Shown here one piece after another: positions 57,801 through 64,000 of a DNA stretch of 64,000 nt. The notes beneath the pieces are model-generated. The model worked only from the letters and a program-made list of their open reading frames with translations. It had not been told where the DNA came from and did not search any database. The stretch spans positions 41,240-105,239 of the forward strand of contig JAEFAB010000007.1 in NCBI GenBank assembly GCA_016292095.1, given 5' to 3'. Numbering within the stretch: position 1 is the stretch's first letter; every line of letters starts with the position of its first letter. A program made the position numbers and the translations under genes. Source of the stretch: Eubacterium sp. (GTDB lineage: Bacteria; Bacillota; Clostridia; Lachnospirales; Lachnospiraceae).

Positions 57801-58250
57801 GTTTCAACGGAAGCATCATCTCAGGAAACAAACACAAATACCGAAACAACTTCCGCAGATGAAACAACAAGTGGTGAAGTGTCTACAGAAGAAACATCAG
57901 CTACAGAAGAAACAACAACAAAGGCTGTTGTAAACTTAGCAAACGTTAAAGTGAAGAAAGCGGTTAAGAAGAAATCTGCAAAGAAAGTTAAGATTACTCT
58001 TAGCAAGACTTTAAAGGGAGTTGATGGATACGAAGTTCGTTTCTACGGAAAGAAGAAACTTGCAAAGAAGAACAAGAATGCAATCCTTAAAGTATTCGTA
58101 GAAAAGAATAAGAAGGTTCTTTCTGTATCAAACAAGAAGTTGAAAAAGAAAAAGACTTTATTTGTTCGCGTACGTGGATTTAAGAAGGCTGGAAAAGGAA
58201 AAGTCTTCAGTCCGAAGTGGTCTGCAGTGAAGAAAGTTAAAGTGAAATAA
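54891..58250 (+). CDS. Large secreted acidic repeat surface protein (CBM-like N-terminus, two PPC-like domains, four ~120-aa Ig-like repeats, EEVST linker, Lys-rich tail)
   Basis: Signal peptide; visible internal repeats; strongly basic C-terminal domain; domain labels are by resemblance. Confidence 0.7.
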   Translation: MRMKKLISHLMVTSMVFGLCTNMQFANNVNAESAPTVELSNWTFLQGGASVVDVEAENGNWGFLNSVVMNGTGEEITGWLDEGEESRGQTKVATESSDGFTLDIKTNGWDAMWNYDPTRINPWSIQANMEDVAIKAGHTYRVSFKASAEKRKYGYVKFESSAIDEPPYGEEEFLYGDNQIITLGTEDKTFTYEFTNWSGVEDFSTRLMFGAFTSQYDFDGNDISDIIAETETTWSGTVSVSNFKIEDLGLDPAYKEPEINGTCEGEIQVDEVKALPVDGTFHYYTFTPEKTANYTFYSLSNKDTYGILYDKYLNEIAEDDDSGEDSNFSIDAKLKKGYTYILFGRLYDENDNGSIDVCIEENKIDSISFELAKPIELIENVDGDWCYDDDDDDNEYFEYDTPSIQQEGNQFTVNYTDGTKDVYIYQYNEDADDYDFYTSDGKHLNEAYKILTNQDTEHWTLGSDNYMTLSFHGHSTKIPVTIASNPVYSISFKPAEGVTLYENVDGDWCYDDDDEKYFDYNTSSIIYAEGSTLTVYYKDGRDPEVFTYGFSEEDDHFGFYNENGEALPGDIEVKASQYKNHWTLGSDNYCSVSYMNKSDQFKVTVSENPVKEISFNPEVVTIYEGIDGYYEEDDYGEEYYEYDTDEFFKDGYQLTVKFKNGSEKIYTYSNEKCDFLDEDGSIMPYEISKSSNQYKYHWTVGDDNYLKLTYMGKTTEVQINIVKNPVSSINFEFARPLVYNVEYDGEWDEDNYGNEFFRYNEPSAYEVGNKLTINYKDGTKKVYTAEKTGKNDVFFYDEDHNLLTVSEVEVKSSQSDTPWVMDSENELTVSYCGASVTLPVSIVEMQREFAGTLTLNETVEATVNSNNRYYIFTPREDGAYHFEATGDDDTYAELLNSDFELLESCDDNGANVNFSFDYEMEAGVSYVFWPRFYQARQDGTISFTVTKVQSDSEEETSTEEVSTEEVSTEEVSTEASSQETNTNTETTSADETTSGEVSTEETSATEETTTKAVVNLANVKVKKAVKKKSAKKVKITLSKTLKGVDGYEVRFYGKKKLAKKNKNAILKVFVEKNKKVLSVSNKKLKKKKTLFVRVRGFKKAGKGKVFSPKWSAVKKVKVK

Positions 58251-58404
58251 GGATCTTTTAGAGAGCTGTCCAAAGGGGCAGCTCTTTTTTAGTTGTCTAA
58301 AGGGGGGGAATAATGATATACTAGTTATGGTGGCGTAGTCTGTAATCTGATATTTGAAGGCAGACATGCCCCGGGACTGTTGACAGGATTTAAAGGAAGC
58401 AGAT

Positions 58405-60453
58405 ATGAAAAATAAGAAAAAAGTTAGAGGTCGGATAAGTCAATATTTGCGGACTCCTATTTATTGGGATGTCTTTTGGTTCATAATCTCCGGAATTATT
58501 CTGGTGTATGATTATAAAGTTGGCTTAGTATTATTGGGTTGTTCCCTTCTTTACATGGTTGTTTCCGCAGTATTGTATGCTCGTTTTAAACCAACAATTC
58601 TGAAGCATTTGGTTAATTTCGGAACGCAATACGGTCTTGTTCAAAGACGGATGTTGAATGAACTGGACATTCCATACGGATTGATGGATGAAAGCGGAAA
58701 AATCCTTTGGAGCAATCAACAGGTAAATAATCTTTTTGAGGGAGAGTCTTTAAAACATCTGAACATTATGGACATTTTCCCGGACATCAAGCCGGAATTT
58801 CTGCAATTGGAAAAGGATCAGAATGAATTCCATATTGAGCACGAAGAAAAGATTTATAAGATTGTTTTAAAAGAGATTTCCTTTAAGGAAACCTTGGAAA
58901 GTAATGAGTTTCCTATGGTGGATGAAGGGGAAGGAATGATTATTTCTTTCTACATTGTGGATGAAACACAAATCCAGCAGTTGGAAAAGGAAACCCAGGA
59001 CGAAAGAACTGTTATTGCAAATATCTATATTGATAACTATGATGAAGTTTTACAGGATGTGGAGGCTACCAGAAGAACATTGCTGGTTGCGTTGATTGAC
59101 CGAAGAATCAATATCTATTTTTCACAGTATGACGGCATCGTGCGAAAACTTGAAAACGATAAATATTTTGTTATGTTTAAAACAAAATACATCAGCAAAA
59201 TGCAGACCAACAAGTTTGCGGTTTTGGATGATGTAAAGAATGTAAACATGGGAAATGGCATTCCGGTTACCATTAGTATCGGTATCGGAATGGGGGGTGA
59301 AACCTTGCAGGAAAGCTATGAACTGTCTACGACTGCCATCGATATGGCTCTTGCCAGAGGTGGCGATCAGGCGGTGTTGAAGGATGGAAACAGAGTTTAC
59401 TACTATGGTGGTAAGACAAAATCTGTTGAAAAGAACACCCGTGTTAAGTCCCGTGTTAAAGCACAAATTTTTAGGGATTTGCTGGAAACAAAGTCGGATA
59501 TATATATTATGGGACATCATATTGGCGACAACGATTCCTTTGGTGCTTCCATCGGTATGTATCGTATTTGTAAAACCATTGGTAAAAATGCGCATATTGT
59601 TATCGGCGAAATGGGAAGCAGCGTGAAGGAATTGGTTGACACATTCCGTGAAGAAGAGGTATATGAAGATGACCTGTTCTTAACCGGTCCGGAAGCAGAA
59701 GCAAAGATGGACAAAAATGATGCACTGGTGGTTGTGGACGTAAGCCGTGCAGGCTATACGGAACATCCGAAGTTGGTGGAGAAGGCACAGTGTATTGTTG
59801 TGTTTGATCATCATCGACAGACCTCAGATGTAATTGAGAATGCCCAGCTTTCTTATATTGAATTGTCTGCATCGTCTGCATCAGAAATGGTAGTGGAAAT
59901 TATGCAGTACATTAAGGAGACTGTAAAACTTTCCAAGATGGAAGCGGAGGCTCTTTACAGTGGTATCATGATTGATACAAATAACTTTACCGACAGAACC
60001 GGTGTCAGAACTTTTGAAGCAGCAGCTTACCTGAGAAAGAAAGGTGCGGATATTACAAAGGTTCGCAGAATGTTCAGAGAAGACATGGCTGATTATAAAG
60101 CAAAAGCAAAAGCCATTGAAAATGCAGAAATCTATTTGGGAGAATTTGCATTTTCCACGTATATTCCGAATGGACAGGAAGAATCACCGACGGTTGTTGG
60201 TGCCCAGGCAGCAAATGAATTGCTGAATGTAAGAAACATTAAGGCATCTTTTGTATTGACGCCTTATAATGATCAGGTGTACATCAGTGCCCGTTCCATT
60301 GGAAAGATTAATGTGCAGACCATTATGGAAGATTTCGGTGGCGGTGGTCATATGAATCTTGCGGGAGCACAGGTTAAAGACGCAGAATTGCTGGAAGTTA
60401 TAGATCAGATCAAAGAAAATATTAGCAGAAGAATTGAGGAAGGAGACCTATAA
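58405..60453 (+). CDS. gdpP: c-di-AMP phosphodiesterase (DHH/DHHA1)
   Basis: Two N-terminal TMs, degenerate GGDEF-like region, VFDHH, GGGGH; syntenic with rplI-dnaB. Confidence 0.92.
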   Translation: MKNKKKVRGRISQYLRTPIYWDVFWFIISGIILVYDYKVGLVLLGCSLLYMVVSAVLYARFKPTILKHLVNFGTQYGLVQRRMLNELDIPYGLMDESGKILWSNQQVNNLFEGESLKHLNIMDIFPDIKPEFLQLEKDQNEFHIEHEEKIYKIVLKEISFKETLESNEFPMVDEGEGMIISFYIVDETQIQQLEKETQDERTVIANIYIDNYDEVLQDVEATRRTLLVALIDRRINIYFSQYDGIVRKLENDKYFVMFKTKYISKMQTNKFAVLDDVKNVNMGNGIPVTISIGIGMGGETLQESYELSTTAIDMALARGGDQAVLKDGNRVYYYGGKTKSVEKNTRVKSRVKAQIFRDLLETKSDIYIMGHHIGDNDSFGASIGMYRICKTIGKNAHIVIGEMGSSVKELVDTFREEEVYEDDLFLTGPEAEAKMDKNDALVVVDVSRAGYTEHPKLVEKAQCIVVFDHHRQTSDVIENAQLSYIELSASSASEMVVEIMQYIKETVKLSKMEAEALYSGIMIDTNNFTDRTGVRTFEAAAYLRKKGADITKVRRMFREDMADYKAKAKAIENAEIYLGEFAFSTYIPNGQEESPTVVGAQAANELLNVRNIKASFVLTPYNDQVYISARSIGKINVQTIMEDFGGGGHMNLAGAQVKDAELLEVIDQIKENISRRIEEGDL

Positions 60454-60899
60454 TGAAGGTTATATTATTACAGGATGTAAAGACTCTCGGAAAAAAGGGA
60501 GATATTGTTGAAATTAACAATGGTTATGCAAGAAATTATGTTTTGCCACAGAAGCTTGGAATTGAAGCAAACGGTAAGAACTTAAATGACTTGAAACTTC
60601 AGAAGAAGAATCAGGATAAAATTGCTCAGGAAAAACTGGAAGCTGCTCAGAAGTTAGCAGAAGATTTAAAGGAAAAATCCATTACGGTAAAAATTCAGTC
60701 CGGCGTGGAAGGAAGAGTCTTTGGTTCGATTTCCAGCAAAGAAATTGCTTTGGAAGCAAAGAAGCAGTTAGGTTTGGAATTGGATAAGAAGAAAATTGTG
60801 ATCCCTGATGCAATCAAGTCTTTGGGAACATATAATGTGAATATTAAATTACACAAAGATGTAATGGGAACATTAGCAGTTAAAGTAGAAGCAAAATAA
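60453..60899 (+). CDS. rplI: 50S ribosomal protein L9
   Basis: [31 protein letters not shown]. Confidence 0.97.
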   Translation: MKVILLQDVKTLGKKGDIVEINNGYARNYVLPQKLGIEANGKNLNDLKLQKKNQDKIAQEKLEAAQKLAEDLKEKSITVKIQSGVEGRVFGSISSKEIALEAKKQLGLELDKKKIVIPDAIKSLGTYNVNIKLHKDVMGTLAVKVEAK

Positions 60900-60923
60900 T
60901 CGAAACGGAATTGGAGGATTTGA

Positions 60924-62267
60924 ATGGAAGAGGCTGTAGTAAAACGTATTATGCCTCATAGCAATGAAGCCGAGCAGGCGGTAATTGGTTCCATGCTTAT
61001 GGATGTGGATGCCATTCCGGTTGCAATGGAAAAGTTGTCAGATGAAGATTTTTACAATCGTCAGTATGGTTCTCTGTTCAAAGCAATGGTTGAACTGTAC
61101 AACGAAGGTAAAACTTGTGATTTGATAACGGTTAAAGATAAATTGGTGGAAATGGAAGTTCCGTCAGAAGTCATTAGTATTGATTTTATAAAGAACATTT
61201 TAGAGATGGTTCCAACGTCTGCAAATATTAAGCAATATGCAGATATTGTTTATGAAAAAGCAGTTCTTAGGAACCTCATTCGTGCGAATGAAGAAATTGC
61301 CAATGAATGCTATGCAGGAAATGATAAACTGGAAGCGATTTTAGAAAATACAGAAAAGAAAATATTTGATTTAATACAGACAGGAAATACAGGAGACTAT
61401 GTTCCGGTGCGTCAGGTTGTATTAAACGTGTTTGAGAAGATTGAACAGGCTTCTCATACCCGTGGAAGTATCACCGGATTGCCAACCGGATTTACACGAC
61501 TGGATCATCAGTTATCCGGACTTCAGCCGTCAGATATGATTCTGATTGCGGCGCGTCCTTCTGTAGGTAAAACAGCCTTCGTATTGAATATCACAGAAAA
61601 TGTTGCAATCAAGCACAATCATGCCGTGGCTATTTTCAGTTTGGAAATGTCCAGCGAGCAGTTAATCAACCGTATTCTCGCACAGAATTCCATGGTTAGC
61701 TCTCAGAAAATCCGAGTAGGTGATTTATCGGATAATGAGTGGGCAAACATTGTTGAGTCCGCAAACATTATCGGTAATTCCAATATTATCATTGATGATA
61801 CTCCGGGTATCAGTATCGGTGAAATGCGTTCCAAGTGTAGAAAGTTTAAACTGGAAAAAGATATTAAGTTGGTAATCGTGGATTACTTACAGTTGATGAC
61901 CACTAATGGTCGTTCCAGCAGCCGCGAACAGGAAATCGCGGAAATTTCCCGTACCTTGAAAGGAATTGCCAGAGAACTGAACGTTCCGGTAATTGCCTTA
62001 TCTCAGTTGAACCGTGCATCAGAAACGCGTGAAGACAAGAAGCCGATTATGGCGGATTTGCGTGAATCCGGTTCGATCGAGCAGGATGCCGACGTTGTAA
62101 TGCTTTTATCTCGTTTCTACGATCGAGAAACAAAAACCGAAGACCGTAACCGTATTATTGTCAATGTGGCAAAACAGCGTAACGGCCCGGTAGGTGAGGT
62201 AGAACTTGTCTGGTTACCGGAATATACAAAGTTCGAAAACGCAGAAGTAAATCAAGAACAACAATAA
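60924..62267 (+). CDS. dnaB: Replicative DNA helicase
   Basis: AARPSVGKT, SLEMS, VDYLQL, SQLNR, LRESGSIEQDAD. Confidence 0.97.
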   Translation: MEEAVVKRIMPHSNEAEQAVIGSMLMDVDAIPVAMEKLSDEDFYNRQYGSLFKAMVELYNEGKTCDLITVKDKLVEMEVPSEVISIDFIKNILEMVPTSANIKQYADIVYEKAVLRNLIRANEEIANECYAGNDKLEAILENTEKKIFDLIQTGNTGDYVPVRQVVLNVFEKIEQASHTRGSITGLPTGFTRLDHQLSGLQPSDMILIAARPSVGKTAFVLNITENVAIKHNHAVAIFSLEMSSEQLINRILAQNSMVSSQKIRVGDLSDNEWANIVESANIIGNSNIIIDDTPGISIGEMRSKCRKFKLEKDIKLVIVDYLQLMTTNGRSSSREQEIAEISRTLKGIARELNVPVIALSQLNRASETREDKKPIMADLRESGSIEQDADVVMLLSRFYDRETKTEDRNRIIVNVAKQRNGPVGEVELVWLPEYTKFENAEVNQEQQ

Positions 62268-62444
62268 AGTCAACCCCCGAGGATGGTATCCTTTGGGGGT
62301 TTTTCATTTACAAATCCCGGCAGCATTCGGCAAAGGGGCAAAAGGTTACAATTTTTGCAGGGGTGGAATAATTGAAGCATTGATTCGTTTAAGTTTATAA
62401 TTGAGGTGTCCGTTGGGGCAACTCAATTTTTTTAGGAGGGGATT

Positions 62445-63095
62445 ATGGAGGAGAAAAGATATATGATTTCTGATACGTCAAAAATGTTGGGAATCGAATC
62501 GCATGTACTACGGTATTGGGAAGAGGAATTGGACATTGTGATTCCGAGAAATGAAATGGGACATCGTTATTATACGGAGTTTCATATTAATCTTTTGAGG
62601 AATGTGAAAAGACTAAAGAAGCAGGGCTATGGCTTGCGTGCCATTAAAATGATGATTTCAGATCCGAATAGGGATGTGCCGGTAGAAGGAGAACGCATCA
62701 GAGAATTGCCGGATGTGGGGATGGTTCCGGGAAAAGAACGGTTAGAAGTTATTGATGTTTCCATGAATGCGAAGTTGGAACAGTTTCAGAAGATTATGGA
62801 CAATATTGTTGAGAAGGCAATGCGGGAATCCACAAAAAATCTGGGGAAAGAACTGAGCGACCATGTGAGTCAGAATGTGATTAAGGGAATGAATTACATG
62901 ATGCGGGTGCAGGATGAAAAAGAAGAGGAACGATATAAGAAACTGGATCAGCTGTTAAGAAGCAGACAGAAAGAGAGTCGCAAAGAACGGAAAAACAGAT
63001 TAAAAGCAGAGAAGCAGTTGGCGAAAGATATTCAAAAGTCTAAACGTAGCGGAAATATTTTGAAGAAGAGTGGAAAGATTGAGGCGACGGCATAA
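62445..63095 (+). CDS. MerR-family HTH protein with coiled-coil C-terminus
   Basis: ISDTSKMLGIESHVLRYWE..RNEMGHRYYT. Confidence 0.8.
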   Translation: MEEKRYMISDTSKMLGIESHVLRYWEEELDIVIPRNEMGHRYYTEFHINLLRNVKRLKKQGYGLRAIKMMISDPNRDVPVEGERIRELPDVGMVPGKERLEVIDVSMNAKLEQFQKIMDNIVEKAMRESTKNLGKELSDHVSQNVIKGMNYMMRVQDEKEEERYKKLDQLLRSRQKESRKERKNRLKAEKQLAKDIQKSKRSGNILKKSGKIEATA

Positions 63096-63139
63096 AAATA
63101 AAGCAGCAATCCCAAAGAATAGGACTGCTGCTTTATTTT
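63095..63139. terminator. Bidirectional terminator
   Basis: AAAATAAAGCAGCA/TGCTGCTTTATTTT. Confidence 0.7.
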
Positions 63140-63145
63140 CATAAA

Positions 63146-63319
63146 TTAATCATCAAGTTTGATAGAATCTGTTGGGCAAGATCCTGCACAAGCACCACAT
63201 TCGATACAAGCGTCAGCGTCGATTACGAATACTCCATCACCTTCGCTAATAGCTCCTACTGGGCAAGTTCCTGCGCAAGCACCACAACCGATACATCCGT
63301 CAGTAATTTTGTAAGCCAT
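63146..63319 (-). CDS. fdx: 2[4Fe-4S] clostridial-type ferredoxin (57 aa; below the ORF-track cutoff)
   Basis: Manual translation [57 protein letters not shown], two CxxCxxCxxxCP motifs; GGAGG RBS. Confidence 0.95.
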   Translation of the reverse strand: MAYKITDGCIGCGACAGTCPVGAISEGDGVFVIDADACIECGACAGSCPTDSIKLDD

Positions 63320-63432
63320 TATGTATGCCTCCTTTTTTATAGAGTATGTGTCAAATTCCTTTGGGCAAAGAATACCGACACGTTAGTATACTTATCATAA
63401 TACAATTGCACAAAATATGCAATTAAAAGTTA

Positions 63433-64000
63433 CTATTTCGTTTTTGCTTTTCGAATGGAAAAAACAAACTCTGTTCCGGCACCTTCGGTACTGATTACGT
63501 CAATGGTTTCGTTATGAGCCATAATGATTTCCTTCACAATGGAAAGACCGATACCGGAACCGGTTTTGTCCCGACCGCGGGAAGAATCTGTCTTGTAAAA
63601 ACGCTGCCAAATCTTTTCCAGGGAGTCCTTTGGAATTCCCAATCCGAAATCCTTTACGGAACAATACATTTTTTCTCCACGACTATTGAGTTTAATAATA
63701 ATCTTGGAATTCTGAGGACTGAATTTAATTGCATTATCCAACAGGTTGTACAGAACCTGCTGAATTTTTCCTTTATCAGCATATACATTGTAATGCTTGG
63801 AAGGAAGCTGTAAAACCAGCTCAATCTGTTTCTTTTCGCAGACCCCTTCAAAGGTACTGACAGAAGAAGTGATAATGTTTTCCATATCAAACTCTTCGTA
63901 TATTAATTCCGGTCCGGACTTATCCCAGTTGCTTAAATCACGAAGCCCTTCGGTCAGCTTTTCTAATCGTTCAGCTTCCGATAAGACAATGGAAAGATAT
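63433..64000 (-). CDS. Sensor histidine kinase, C-terminal part (5' end outside the window)
   Basis: Frame open to the window edge; QVLYNLLDNAIKFS, DFGLGI, RFYKTDSSR, GSGIGLSI, GTEF. Confidence 0.92.
   Translation of the reverse strand, partial: YLSIVLSEAERLEKLTEGLRDLSNWDKSGPELIYEEFDMENIITSSVSTFEGVCEKKQIELVLQLPSKHYNVYADKGKIQQVLYNLLDNAIKFSPQNSKIIIKLNSRGEKMYCSVKDFGLGIPKDSLEKIWQRFYKTDSSRGRDKTGSGIGLSIVKEIIMAHNETIDVISTEGAGTEFVFSIRKAKTK

Noticed and set aside
59122-59595. 157-aa minus-strand ORF
   Set aside because: Antisense shadow of gdpP.

Overview
Chromosomal window from a low-GC Firmicute, probably a Lachnospiraceae/Eubacterium-like Clostridia (inferred from gene content). Layout: (1) trmB and an AI-2E transporter. 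(2) tRNA-Lys(CTT) with a complete ~12.9-kb integrative mobilizable element (IME) inserted at its 3' half, bounded by an exact 86-bp direct repeat (2613-2698 and 15447-15532). The IME encodes a tyrosine integrase, XRE repressor, excisionase, MOBQ relaxase with a canonical oriT, an AT-rich seven-gene 'secreted WSPDS protein + ABC transporter' cassette, and a separately promoted two-gene module (120-aa unknown + SAMHD1/dGTPase-like HD phosphohydrolase). That module is the best candidate for an undescribed anti-phage system. (3) Host genes for a secreted nuclease, a GH18 chitinase and two convergent RimK-like ATP-grasp ligases, plus two intergenic multibranch palindromic elements. In one of these, a 4 x 71-bp array, hairpin variation is confined to the N of GNA triplets, which suggests ssDNA folding. 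(4) A ~26-kb cell-wall glycopolymer region with seven TagF-like genes (including TagF-GT fusions and a probable pseudoenzyme), tagD, ugd, an ABC exporter, an LCP protein and murG. (5) Core genes mtnN, pgi, a large repeat surface protein, gdpP-rplI-dnaB, a MerR regulator, a ferredoxin missed by the ORF track, and a partial histidine kinase. All family assignments are from motif recognition by eye; no database searches were run.
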